Source: Heptranchias perlo (Eukaryota). From it: DNA of 64,000 bases. Of this stretch, positions 1-12,439 are shown in pieces (position 1 is the first letter of the stretch; every line of letters starts with the position of its first letter). The translations under genes and the position numbers were made by a program. Location of the stretch: contig NC_090333.1 of NCBI RefSeq assembly GCF_035084215.1, forward strand, positions 67,518,001-67,582,000, given 5' to 3'. Under the pieces are notes generated by a model. That model saw nothing but the letters and a program-made list of their open reading frames with translations, was not told the origin of the DNA and made no database searches.

Positions 1-427
1 TTGACTAGAGTAGCTGGGATTGTTCGCCTTGGAGAAGAGAAGGTTAAGGGGAGATTTAATAGAGGTGTTCAAAATTATGAGGGGTTTTGACAGAGTAAAT
101 GAGGAGAAACTGTTTCCACTGGCAGGAGGGTCAGTAACCAGAGGACACAAATTTAAGATAGTTGGCAAAAGAGCCAGGGGGGAGATGAGAATTTTTTTTA
201 CGCAGCAAGTTGTTATGATCTGGAATGCACTGCCTGAAAGGGCGGTGGAAGCAGATTCAATAGTAACTTTCAAAAAGGAATTGGATATATATTTGAAAAG
301 GAAAAATTTGCAGGGCTATGGGGAAAGAGCAGGGGAGTGGGACTAATTGGAGTGCTCTGTCAAAGAGACGGCACAGGCACGATGGGCTGAACGGCCTCCT
401 TCTGAGCTGTAAGATTCTATGATTCTG
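1..427 (+). mobile_element. CR1 LINE 3' end (ORF2 C-terminus, 3' UTR and tail)
   Basis: ORF 20-346 (LEKRRLRGDLIEVFKIMRG...WNALP...FKKELD) is the CR1 ORF2 C-terminus; ends in an ATTCTATGATTCT tail. Confidence 0.92.
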
Positions 428-1061
428 TCCAATTCTGTCTTCTCTTGCCTTTATCTGCACAGTTCACTGAAATGCAAGTGCTACCATCTTTCTCTTGTGC
501 CTTCTCTCACAGCGCAGTAAGAGAGAGCAAGAGAACCCTATGGAGGTGAACTGTTCCAACATCCATAATGGTAGTGAAAATGCTTCGTTAAGATTATGGG
601 CCCATCTCCAAAGCATTTTCTTGATATTTAACAAGAGGAGTACTGACAGTCATCAACAGTGTCAAAACAGGAGTGAAATCTTAAACCTGATCTAGGAGGT
701 TGGAAGATCACAAAGTCATATACAAGACTCCTGCCAAATATGGAAGAGTCGGTAGGACTCTACTACTGGAGGTGCAAATGAAGCATCTGGAACGTGAGCT
801 GTTCTACTATCTCTGATAGTAAGTGTCCAGAACCTGACTGGAATAGAAAACCAGATTGTTGATGCACACAGTCACATATTCAGAGGGAATTCTACACAAA
901 ACAGCGACCGGGAGTATATTGAGCAATGAGGAAGTCTAGTAGTGGACTTATTTGTTTTGTGGGGATAATGCATGAATCTCTTTTGCTTGCCGCCCAGACA
1001 GCCCTGAGTCATCAGATGGTTGGCCACCTCCCTGGTACATTTAGGAAAGGGTCACTGCCTG

Positions 1062-1143
1062 ATAATCCCCTATTAAACCCCTCATCTGAATCATGTGCTG
1101 CAATAATCCCCTATTAAACCCCTCATCTGAATCATGTGCTGCA
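1062..1143. repeat. Perfect 41-bp tandem duplication
   Basis: ataatcccctattaaacccctcatctgaatcatgtgctgca at 1062-1102 and 1103-1143. Confidence 0.95.
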
Positions 1144-2949
1144 AAAATGTATACCAGTGAAAACAACACCAGTGACCTTCAGTCCAGGCTTTGGTTGTTC
1201 TTGTTCTATGTATCATATGGAGTGAGGATAATGGCCCTGATTTTAACTCTGGACGGGTGAGTAGCAGTGTGAAACTCACCCGCTGTTCCAGAAATGAAAT
1301 CTGGGCTATTTTAACTCCCAGCCTCATTTAAATCCCGCCAGCCAACGTCCTGCCCAGTCTGGGAAGCAGCGGACGATCACGTGGCCCAGAGGCTGCCCAC
1401 TGGCACAAGGTAGGTGGTGGGACCGGGTTCCAGGGGTGTCTCATGAGAGGGGGAGGGGGGAGTCTGAGCAGGGGAGGCCTAAGCTTTTCTTTCATCTTTA
1501 AAGTAGGGGTTAGTCGCAGATCACCTTGACGTCAAAATCAACATTGCTACCTGGTTCTTGGTTCTGTGAGTGAATGAACAAGAGATTACAAGATTAAAGT
1601 TGACAAGGCTCTAGGCAGTTTGTAAGCTAAGATGCTTATAACAATTATCGATTCCTGCTAGATACATTTAAAATACCCCAAGTTATTACAGTTGTCACAT
1701 GCTATACTTTAAGTTAAATTCCTTGTTTATGGAGCAAAGAAGCTGTAATGTTGGCATTCAGAGGAATGACGTAGTTGCTTCTTGTCTGCAGAGCAAAAGA
1801 TTCTAAAGCCAGGTTAGGGATGAAGAAAATGTACTGTTCATATAAAATATTTAGTACTTCGTTTATGGCTATTTATGATTTGAAAGTAAATTGCAAGTAT
1901 AAGGATAAACATCATACTTCAGTGCTGAATTGACAAAGATCAGCTCTGACAATGACCGAATTCAGCCTAAGGCACTGCCAACCTAGATCTGAACATGCAA
2001 ATGGTGAAAAAAATGCCTATTCATATATTGATCTGCATTCCCCAAGCATTTTTGCAGGTCAATCATGGTAAAAATGGAAGAATGTAATGGGAGTATTGCA
2101 AACATGAATGCCAAAACTATTACTGAATACAGTAGCTGAACTTTAAAAAAACATTTTAGGACTGACTGAGCTGTGTTTGCAGATGCTGTAGCGGCTGTGC
2201 TGGAATAGTTTGCATCAATCTACACATACCGGCACTTTTACAGCTGAGTTGTGTCAATATGGTGCTTACTACAAATCTAACCACCCTCGCAATAACCCTA
2301 CAGGTAAAACGAGTACGGTGAGTCTCACTGAGTTTTGAGGAGCCTCAATTTCATTGCACTGTTTTTTCAATCCTTGAAATTTTAAATATTTTGACTTTCA
2401 TTTTAATTGGTAAATTATGCCCTTTTTTCGCTAAGAGCGGGATGCGACCATGTGTTATAACTTCGTATGTTTTATACTATTTTGTTTAATTTTTTTTTAA
2501 AAAGAGATGTGAAATTCAGCATTGTTGCTGCTGAAATCTCTCCCATAAATGGAAATTGATACTGGTAAACAATTTGGATGCCTGTGAATCAAAGTGACTG
2601 GAGAAGATTATGTTGAAATGATTTAGATCAGGATCTGGAGAGCAGTGAGCAGAGAGCTAGCTGACAGCCTGAGCAGCTATGTATATAGATATGGATTTAA
2701 CGCAGATATCAGAGGATAAATGTAAAGGATGGAAGCAATTCAACCCTCTTAGTTCATTCATCCAGGAAAAGCTGCTTGCATCATATAACTAGACCTTGAA
2801 TAAATTCAAAGCCTTTACTTCCACTACTCTGCCCAGAAGACCGTTTTAAATAATGCTCAGTCTTTGTGTGAAGAAATTTTTCTTTACCTCTGTGCTAAAT
2901 TGACATTTCACCAGCCTTGGCTACACGCCTTGTTCTACTGTTTAGGTTC

Positions 2950-3070
2950 AGTCATGGCTCCGTGGTAGCGCTCTCGCCTCTGAGTCAGAAGGTTGTGGAT
3001 TCAAGTTCCACTCTAGCGACTTGAGCACATAATCTAGGCTAACACTTCAGTGCAGTGCCGAGGGAGTGCA
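2950..3070 (+). mobile_element. tRNA-derived SINE 5' part (SacSINE1/DeuSINE-like)
   Basis: tggctccgtggtagcgctctcgcctctgagtcagaaggttgtggattcaagt with A/B-box-like motifs; related copies at about 20262-20620 and 36440-36560. Confidence 0.7.
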
Positions 3071-3549
3071 CAAACAGACCAGCTGGTCCATGAAGCCTGT
3101 CCCACACCTCATGATTGCTGGAGCATCATAACCCGCACTCCACCCACCCCCACCCCCACCCCCCAGCCCCCAGCCCCACCCCTGCTGCCATGTAATCTCC
3201 GAGAAAATTCCTCTCCGTCCCCCTCAGGCAACTGAAACCAGTCCAGGAGATCACATGGACCAAGTATTATCTATAAAGGCACTTACCTTCTATATGATGC
3301 GACCTCTGCCCCAGTCAAGAACCAGTCCAGCTCCCTCTTGAAGGCATATAGAGAGTCAGCACCCACCACACCAAAACTTCACAACGCCGATTTTTAATGA
3401 GAGACTCTTTGGCTGTCATAAATTGAAAAGCACATTGTTAGAACATGTATTTACGTTTCTAATTAAAGGATAGATTTTAGAATATTAATGTTCATAATTT
3501 GTACAAAATACAGCAAAATTCTCCACGAGTTGTTTCTTCTTTTGTTCAA

Positions 3550-3738
3550 GAAAAAGCAAGAGATGGCAGACCCAGCATCTATAAATCATTGATCACCAAC
3601 ACCTCCAAAGAGATGATGATCTACAGCAATGGTCCAATTCCTGCAAATTATCCAAGCTACTTGTATAACTCTAGGATTCTGGAGTATTTCCGCCTTTATG
3701 CCAAGCACTTCAATCTGGTGAAGTACATACAGTTAAAG
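3550..3738 (+). pseudogene. FMO5: FMO5-like pseudogene, second coding exon (189 bp; mammalian exon 3 equivalent)
   Basis: EKARDGRPSIYKSLITNTSKEMMIYS...LEYFRLYAKHFNLVKYIQLK; GT donor at 3739; acceptor is TTCAA instead of the TTCAG seen in the paralog at 58310-58314. Confidence 0.9.
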
Positions 3739-5089
3739 GTAAGATTTAGAGTATTGGCAAAAGAATTATTCAACTTGTTCCTTTAAAAATAAGTTTCTAT
3801 TGACCATTAAACATGATCTGCCCTGGGATGGCCCAGTAACTCTAACAGTACATTGTTAGATTCCTGTCCTGCAGAGATTTCCCCTGTTTGTATCTCCTCG
3901 TAAAATTGTAAATGCTTTCTTTATAAACATGTTTATGACTTTTCTACAAGTAGCACGGAGAGGAAATCCTCCCTCAGCACGAGTTCCAGCCCGAGCCTCA
4001 GTTAACATTTGAACCTGTCCAACTGGAGCTGAAATTTCCTCCAACTAACCGTTGGGAATACCAAAGCCAACATCATCAGCTCCCACTGCAAACTCTGTAC
4101 CCTTGCCACCGATTCCGTTCCCCTCCTCAGCCACTCTTGGACTGAATCAGATATTTGCAACCACATCATCCCATTTGACCACAGGCTGAGCTTACAACTC
4201 CATATCCTCTCCATCACAAACAAGGCTTATTATATCTATGAACCAATCAGGTCACATACCAGCAAGATGAGGCTCCAAACATGCATTATTGTTTCATGAA
4301 GAAGCAAAACAGCCATGTGTTTGCATTATCTAGTGTCTTGAACCTTATGGTGACAATGGCTCTATCTCATAGAGTCCATGACTATACCTCATAGTGTCCA
4401 TGAATGTATTATTGTCTGAAACTCAGAACGGTCTTTAATTCAGCAGCTAGAACAAATAATTGGAGAATGAGTGGATTTATATTTATGTGCATATAACATC
4501 ACTACATGCTTACATATGTCTGTACCAGATCTTAATGAATCTTGCATGTGAATGCTGGTTGTGGCCAAGATCAGAGGTGGAAATAATAGATATTTGCTTC
4601 CCAAATATAGGAGGAGCTGCTGTGCTTTTTTGGCAACAATTTCTGTATGTAGAAAAGAGTAACTGGAAAAACTTGGATTGATGCCCATAATATATAATGA
4701 AATTTATTGTTTTATGTGCAGGATTTAATTGGATGGCCAGTTTAGTTCACTTTGAACTGCCCCACATGAATTGATGTAATAATAATTAAGCCACCATATT
4801 GGACAGCATGATTAAAATGCGATATTGGCTGAAAACCTTTTAATATCTATCTTGCCGGAGGCATCAAGAACTGAATAGACCACAAATACATATCACTGAC
4901 AGCTACTTTAGTCACTATTTCTATGTATGCAAAAGTAATATAAGCATAAATATAATCACAAACAAAACAATTCATTTGTTTCAGATTTACCCCAGCTGCA
5001 CATTAGCTGCAATTGGCTTGCTACAAAATTTTGCAGTTAGTTTCAGAGTCAGTTTTATCTGTTAATATTGCTACACTTAATGCATCAAA

Positions 5090-5212
5090 AATAAAATACT
5101 GCAGATGCTGGAAATCTGACATAAAAACAGAAAATGCTGGAAACACTCAACAAGTCAGGCAGCATCTGTGGAGAGAGAGTTAACTTTTCAGGTCGATGAC
5201 CTTTCATCACAC
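5090..5212 (-). mobile_element. Penelope-type pseudo-LTR fragment with decayed hammerhead motif
   Basis: Minus strand reads gTGATGA-aaggtc-atc-gacct-GAAA-agttaac; the core C of CUGAnGA is lost. Confidence 0.55.
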
Positions 5213-5849
5213 TGCAATACTTAATGCAGTATTTGAGTGTCACAGGTTCAGTTGATACAAGCTCATTATAACATAACTCAGTTCACCATACTGTTTCGAG
5301 GATTTCAATACATGCATCATGAAGAAACAGGCATCATTTTTTACGCTGCCCATCACTATTTATGAATTGGAGGATTACAATAAAATATGGTCCCTTCTCC
5401 AATCGGGCAGCTATGAAGGTGGACCAATAACATCTTAAAACTGGCTTGGTTCTTCTTTTCTCTGTGATGTGATGAGTTGGCTCTGCCATCCCGTTTATGC
5501 AATCGGTGACTTAAGCCGCACTCTTGTACTCAGCAGCTGTAAAGAACTGAGATGTAAAGTTGCAACAATTTATTCATGATAAATGACTCAATAATTAGTT
5601 TCTGGGTTAAAGTCCAGCCTCTAAAGATTGTAATCTTTCACCATTGAAGTTGATCAAAGTACAGTTACAACTTGAGATTGTTAACCTAGGTAACTATAGG
5701 GTGCAGTTGTACCACCCGTATTTACAGACTAAGGCTATTTTAGTGCAGCACCAAAGAAACATGTCAAATTACTAATAGATCCCCCATGATGTTACTCACA
5801 CTGAGTCCTCTCCTCGCCTGATCATTATGTTATCTCATTCTATCACCAT

Positions 5850-6330
5850 GACCTTTGTCTCTGTATCTTCCCCCAATCTCACTCTTTTCTCTCAGTGATC
5901 TCTGCCTTCAGCAATGTCTCTATCACCCCTCTTTCTTACTTTCTTTCTTTTGTTCTGTGTGTGTGCATGTGCTCGTGACCTGATCCCTCTCCCTGACCCC
6001 TTCCCTCCCCCTGCCCTCTTTTGATCCAGTTCATCCTGTCTCTTGCTGTCTGTCTCTCTCTCACTGTTGTTCCCTTTTCCCTCTCTCTCATCTTTCCTCT
6101 CTTCTCTTTCATACTCTCTCTTGCTGTGTCTCTTCCCCCTCCTTTCCCATCCCCATGATCTCTGTCTATCTCTCTCTTTCTGCATGTCTCTCATCTCTCC
6201 TTCCCTGTCCTGCTCTTGCTCTTTCTTGCTCTCTGCTCCCCCAGTCCCTCCGATTTCATTCACTCTCTCTCTTTTTCTCTCTTACCTTCTTCCCCGCCTC
6301 TGATTCTTTTATCCACCTTCTCCCCTTGTC
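5850..6330. repeat. CT-rich low-complexity tract
   Basis: Polypyrimidine composition; the overlapping ORFs are compositional artefacts. Confidence 0.85.
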
Positions 6331-6799
6331 CCCCTGGGTTTTAATGCACCTCTTACACATCCTGGGGAGGCAGGCTATCAGTGGTGTTGGAGATGGTGAA
6401 GTAGGAGAGCGTGTGCCAGCTGAGGGCTCGTCAGGGCACTCTGTTTCTCCTATGATTGTTCCCTTTATTAATTGGCTGAGAAGCACATCATGAAACCCTC
6501 GTGCTGTTCCTTTGACTGATGGTGACATGAGCACCAATCCTCAGGAATCCATTCTATCTTTGCTTCCAATAGATGTTCCACTGCATAAGAGAGACAGAGG
6601 CCACTCACCATCCTGTGACACAGCAATTAGCAGCATCCCCAGGGGATTAGACGGTGAGGAACAGAGGAGTGCAGTGGGTGGCACTCATAGCTCTGGGTGA
6701 GCAGGAACAGCTGATTTTGGCACATGATAAGGAAGAGGTTGCTGGTGGAGGAGAATCAGGGTCACCTCGGCGATGTAGGGTCTGGGGAGCTTACGGATC

Positions 6800-6965
6800 C
6801 AGCATTTAAAAGACACCAGTCCCATGACCTCGCCCCTCCCTATCTCTGTAGACTCCTCCAGCCCTACAATCCTCCGAGATCTCTGCGCTCCTCCAATTCT
6901 GGCCTCTTGCGCATCCCCGATTTCCATCACTCCACCATTGTCAGTCGTGCCTTTAGCTGCCTCAG
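6800..6965 (+). mobile_element. L2 LINE 3' fragment
   Basis: HDLAPPYLCRLLQPYNPPRSLRSSNSGLL...RAFS matches the L2 copy at 41750-41900. Confidence 0.85.
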
Positions 6966-9343
6966 TTACTACTGCTTGCTATTGTTTCCTTGGCTGAAGG
7001 AGACACAGAGCTCAGGCAGGTAACGAGGCTTTTGTATCCCTGTATGGACCTTCCTCCAACATCATCAAGGAAGTTCTGCGATCGGAAACTTGCAATCACA
7101 AATATGACTTTTGAACAATTGCACACAGAAGCGGACAGCTGTGTTTCAGTGCTTTCTGCTGGAGCTCTGAATTCTGGTTTCCAGCGTACATTGTGAAACC
7201 TGGTTCCGCAATATAAATATTACATTAATGAAAACCAGTGCCTATCTGTGCTTGGTATTGTAAGACGTGAATATTATACCATCTTTGCTGATTATTAATC
7301 TTAAGGCTTTTAAGCACAGTTTAATAGTGAAAGAGTGGTCAATTTCTTGAATGTGAATTTTCTGCCTTTGTATTCCGGATATTTGACTCCTTCCCAATGA
7401 TGAAAGAATGTCCATGCCATATAGATAGTATAGATGGACTAGAGATTAAAAGTTGCTCCAGCTCAGCTGTTGCCTGGAGCAGCCGCTTTAATAAAGAATG
7501 GGTACCACCCTTACTGGCAGAATCCCCGAGTCTAAATTTAGCCATCTAATCATTTTCTGTCTAATACTTTCAAAGTGATGTACGACCGCAGAGTTCTTTA
7601 AGCATTGCCGATTGGTCACATGGTCAGCTTGGATCAATCCAGTTAAGCATAAAAACAAAGCAACCACATTTGTTCCAATACCAGCCTCTCTGCTCCCTCG
7701 TCTGCAGCCAATCTCTCCTGCCTGTTCCTCACCCCAACTCTGCATGGAGCTTTCTACTGCCTGCTCAGGGTCCAAACTGCTGCTCCCGGCCAGACCACAA
7801 CCCGAGGCCCAGAACATTGTCCACCATCAGGAGTGGGAACCTTGGCAGATTTTCCCCTCTATCATTCAGGGACTGTGAGGCCAACTGTAGTACCTTGTTG
7901 GTATCCTGCTGAGACCAGCTTAGACTGGAGACTGAACATGGAAAGCATCCCTGTCGCAGTACCACACTGATCCATCAAATTCATTATTTTTAACAGTGGC
8001 CGACACAGTTATTTGATCTATCATGAACAGTACAAATATGCTGCAAACCTAAGTATTGTGCTTTTTTTTCCAAGTCTCACTTAAAATCGTTCTCTGATTT
8101 TAACACATCAGTATAATGGCTGTTGACAGTTTTTGGACTACAGTGAGCCAAGAATTGCAGGTTAGCATTCTGGTCATTGTTGCCTATAAATAGATTGGAA
8201 CACTTAAGCACAGCTGCTGATATTAAATGTCAGTAAATTGATGCTACACAAAGCAGTCCTGGTTCATGTGTGCTTGTTGCTATGGAGATGTGCCTAAGTA
8301 TTTACTTTTCATCTGTGGTGCAGTTACCCTTTTGACTGTTGTGCATCCTTTGCAAATTTACAAGTCCACATTTTTTTTTAACACGGGCATATTTCCCAGC
8401 ATGCTAATGGCGAGAAGAGGAAGTAATGTTTTCCTGACAGTATTGTCTATTTTTTAATCTATTGTGAAGTAGCTAGGGGCAGTAATGAACTTCTGTTTAC
8501 AGCTAAACAATTGGATTGTGTGGCAGTATGGGCTCCAAAGGGTATGTAGAAATGAGCTTTAATTTAGTAACATTGAAATAACATTTAGATTAGTGTTTGA
8601 AGTGGTAATAAATTAAGTCAATTTAAACATGAAAATATTAATGAAGGCTTAAGTATAAGTGCTTTTTTTATAAAGAGAGAAATTACTGGGTTTCCCAGCA
8701 AAGATTGAGGGAGGCACTGGGATTGGTATGGGGAACAGGGCAGGGTGGGAACAGCGCCTATAAGTGCTTTTAAAAGAAGAAATTACCAGTTCCTGGCAGA
8801 GATATGGGGCAGTAGGTGAGGGAAGCTGGTGACTGAAGGTGAGAAGCCAGAGCCCTAATGTGAAATGGGCAGATGGCACTGGAGGTAATGTTAACTGTCT
8901 ATGTAAACTTGTCATGCTGTGATTACACCATCCTCCACCATAATGCTGCAGTGACTCCACGGGCAGGAGAGGGACATTAAAGTGTGACAAGTTTACATGG
9001 GCAGTTAATGTCATAAATGCGGAGCTAGGAACATATCATGGAAAACATTGACAGGAAGTGTGTGTAGTTGTAAGATTTGTATTACTAGTGAATCTTCTAT
9101 GGCATTGCTCCCAGTGAGACAGAGGAGTCTCATTCCTGCGTTACTGATCTTAGCTGGGAAATCAGGGAGTCACTGAGCAGTTGAGGGAAGGATGAAAAAT
9201 GTCTCGTTAGCCCATACTGCTCTCTCACATCATCAGCTTCTGGACCCAGATTGGGCTGGGAGAGGGGCCAGTCCTGATGTTCACTTTGCTGCTGATGGAA
9301 ACTGATTGAAAACTTTAATAGCCTCAATAAGTAAAGTCTCCAC

Positions 9344-9609
9344 ATCAAAACTAATGTGAAGCAATTTATAGAAGATGGCACAGTGGAAGACATCAATGTT
9401 GTTTTTGCAACAGGATACACCTTCTCTTTCCCATTTCTGGATGAGTTTTTTGTTAAAAGTTCACAAAAACCATGTTTCTCTCCACAAGCATGTCTTTCTG
9501 CCTCAGCTGGAGCAGACAATTCTAGCCATCATTGGTCTTTTCCAGCCAGTGGGAGCCACTGTGACAGTATCTGAACTTCAGGCACATTGGGCCATGAGAG
9601 ATTTTAACG
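9344..9609 (+). pseudogene. FMO5: FMO5-like pseudogene, 3' half of exon-7 equivalent (truncated, frameshifted)
   Basis: IKTNVKQFI-EDGTVEDINVVFATGYTFSFPFLDE, then after a shift in the T run at about 9446-9451 LKVHKNHVSLHKHVFLPQLEQTILAIIGLFQPVGATVTVSELQAHWAMRDFN; FATGY motif; GT at 9610. Confidence 0.9.
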
Positions 9610-10509
9610 GTAGAAGGACACTTAAAATAAAAGTGAAGGGTATAAAGCATTGTATGTAATTTCCATAGACCCGAACAAGGTAGTCCAATTTGTAGGGTGT
9701 ATTGCTGAGGCAATGTCATTATGTGGATTTCTTCTTGCTAAGGTGAAGGTGCCTTAATAGAGCTTCTTGGATGGCCTGAAAGGTAAATGGATCACACAGT
9801 GTGGTACTGAGCCATACAGACCAGAAGATCCCAGGTTCAGTTCCCAGCATGTATTGTGTTAGGTCTAATTTATTTCCTCCTTTTTTTCTCCTTCTCGGTT
9901 GGACAGCTATTGGGGTAGCACAATTGACCCTGAACTGGAAGGGGAATAATTAGCCTGGTTTCACATTCCTGATCGCTGGGTAGTAGAAATCACTGGAAAC
10001 AGTTTGTATGAACGTTGGAAGAGAACAGGATCAGGGTGACTGTGAGGTTGCCACAGTTGAATAGCCCACCAAAACTCACTATCTAGACTCACATATGAAG
10101 AACTGCCATGAGGATGCTGGTGCCCAGCAGTTGTCAGTAACTTCAGGAAGAAATTGGAAAAATAAAGATGATTTGTTAGATCATTGCCTGTACTCATTGG
10201 TACTGCTTATAAATTTACCTCATTCTCTTTTTTTATTCCTTTCAACCTTGGTGTTGTCCTGCACCTTGGGCTTTGGCCATTTATGTTGGTTTCTTAATTT
10301 TAAAAAAACCTCACAATTGGTGCAGTGATTTTAAAGCAGGTCCTCATGACACAATTATCCCCCTCCTTTGTATAAATCCCTGCCAATTCAATCACTGGTA
10401 AAACAGCATGATAAAACATATTAATTTCTGTCAAATACAGCACTCTGATACTGCAAGTTGGATGTGCATTTGCCTTTACAATATTGATGAGGTAAACCCG
10501 ATTCCCTAG

Positions 10510-10582
10510 GTTTGGCTAAATTGCCTTCTGTCAGCACCACGATGGCAGACATATTGGAGGAGAAAGAAAAAATGTCCAAAAG
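10510..10582 (+). pseudogene. FMO5: FMO5-like pseudogene, 73-bp exon-8 equivalent
   Basis: ccctAG|gt ttg gct aaa...aaa ag|GT; (G)LAKLPSVSTTMADILEEKEKMSK(R) resembles FMO5 GLKTLPSQSEMMAEI; phase matches the previous exon. Confidence 0.85.
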
Positions 10583-10729
10583 GTCTGTATATTACACATC
10601 AATACTGAAGATAATTAATTTGACATCTCACATTAATCCACTGTCTTGATTAGGTTTTACTAACTATTGTTGAAAGCTCCATTTCTCCTCACACCATTTG
10701 TTTTTCATTAATGTCAGTAGAACTTAATG

Positions 10730-11150
10730 AGTACCTTAAAAGAGAAGAAAGAAACCTAGCAGTTGCACGTAAGACCTGTCAAACTGTTGAGCAGTAACAC
10801 AAGACCGGCTGAACACCTTAGGGGTGGTGCACAAGAGTATTAAACGCGTCAGCATGGACTTGGGAGACCCATTAAGCTCGTGAATATTGAACAGTGATTC
10901 ATAAGAGTCACTAAATCCTCAAGCATTGACCCACAGGATCCATTCATTTCATGAGCAGTGGCACGCAGGACCCATTAAATGACTAAGCAGTTGCCCGTTA
11001 ATGGGGACCCATTAAATCCCCAAGTGGTAGTCTGTTGGACCCATTTAAACCCCTCCCATCCTATAGTATCAAGCAGGAACCATTAAATCCACAACTGGTA
11101 GACTGTGGGACCCATTTAAACCCTTCCCATCCTATAGTGGCATGCACAGT
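10730..11150. repeat. Degenerate minisatellite (about 33-38 bp units with ggacccattaaa core)
   Basis: Core recurs about 10 times; near-identical 31-mers at 11037 and 11108. Confidence 0.6.
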
Positions 11151-11299
11151 GCACTATTGAACATATGTTGGTATGGAAATAGACGTGGTCATCCCGCAGC
11201 TAGAGATAAATACTGAGGCAGAGGAAAGAAAATGGGTGACCATCTCTTGGGGAAGAAGGTGGGGAAGGATTTTGGTAAAGGCAGCGCAGGGAACCCCGT

Positions 11300-12150
11300 G
11301 GGGATCTGAAGTTGCCAAATAGGGATATAGGGAAGGACAATCACGAGCAACATATAGCACTGTGGAGAAAGTAGTTATTTGGTGGGAAGAGGGGGAGAAA
11401 TAATGTTGAGAAAAGGAAAGTGGTAGCTCTAGAAAATGCTATCCTTAAATGGATAGATAACCTTTTCTACCGCCACAATTGAAAGTCTCAAATTGTCTGG
11501 TCATCCAGTTGCCAGGATAATGGATCACATTTTGGAAAGAGAGTTGGAGCAGCCTGAAGTTCTAGTTCACACTGAAACCAATGACATTGGGAAGAACAGG
11601 ATGGAAATCTTGCAAAGGGAGTTTGAGCAGTTAAGTGTCAAATTTCAGAAAGAGGGCCTCCAGGGTTGTTATCTCAAGATTACTCCCAGTGAAACATGCT
11701 AGGCCAGTTAGGGAGAAACACATCGACACACAATAGGTGGTGTAGTATGGAGGTTTTCAGATTTCTATGGCACTGGGATGAGCTTTGAAGTAGGGAATGT
11801 CGAAGGGCATGATGGACTTTGCCTAAACTGTACCAGTAACAATGTCCTTGCACTAAGGATAAATAGAGCAGTGGGGAAGGATTTAAACTAGCAAGACTGC
11901 GAGAAGGGACAAATCTTGGGGCACGTGCAGGATGGGTAAGAATAAGTAGAGTAAAGGGAAACCATACTTCGGGAAAATAGGAGAAAGATAGTGAATAGAA
12001 AAACAGAAGGGAAAAGGAAACTAAGGAACATAAATGTGTCAGGGTTATATTGCTTACTGGAAATAAGCAAAGCATGAGAAATAAAGTCAGGGAACAAGAA
12101 ACCCTTATTAGAATGGAGGGACATGATGTTCTAGGACAAGAAGCCAATTT
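11300..12150 (+). mobile_element. Degenerate CR1 ORF1 (SGNH esterase) region
   Basis: QPEVLVHTETNDIGK resembles the VHVGTNDIG esterase block of CR1 ORF1; many stops. Confidence 0.6.
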
Positions 12151-12159
12151 AGGTCAACG

Positions 12160-12435
12160 AGAACATAGGAACATAGGAACAGGAGTGGGCGTAGGCCATT
12201 CAGCCTCTTGAGCCTGTTCCGCCATTCAATTAGATCATGGCTGTTCTATACCTTAACACCATCTACAGATTAAGAGTTAAGGTTCCATAACTCTTAATAT
12301 CCTTGCCTAACAAAAATCTATCAATTTCAGTTTTGAAATTTTCAATTGACCTAGTCTCAGCAGCTTTTTGGGGGAGAGAGTTCCAGATTTCCACTACCCT
12401 TTGTGTGAAGAAATGCTTCCTGACATCACCCCTGA
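12160..12435 (-). mobile_element. CR1 LINE 3' end
   Basis: RGDVRKHFFTQRVVEIWNSLP on -; (catagga)n tail at about 12161-12182. Confidence 0.9.
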
Positions 12436-12439
12436 TGAG

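Noticed and set aside
2950-3030. tRNA gene
   Set aside because: No full cloverleaf, and it continues into a SINE body found elsewhere in the window.
5892-6493. Overlapping ORFs of 86-123 aa
   Set aside because: Low-complexity CT/GA tract.
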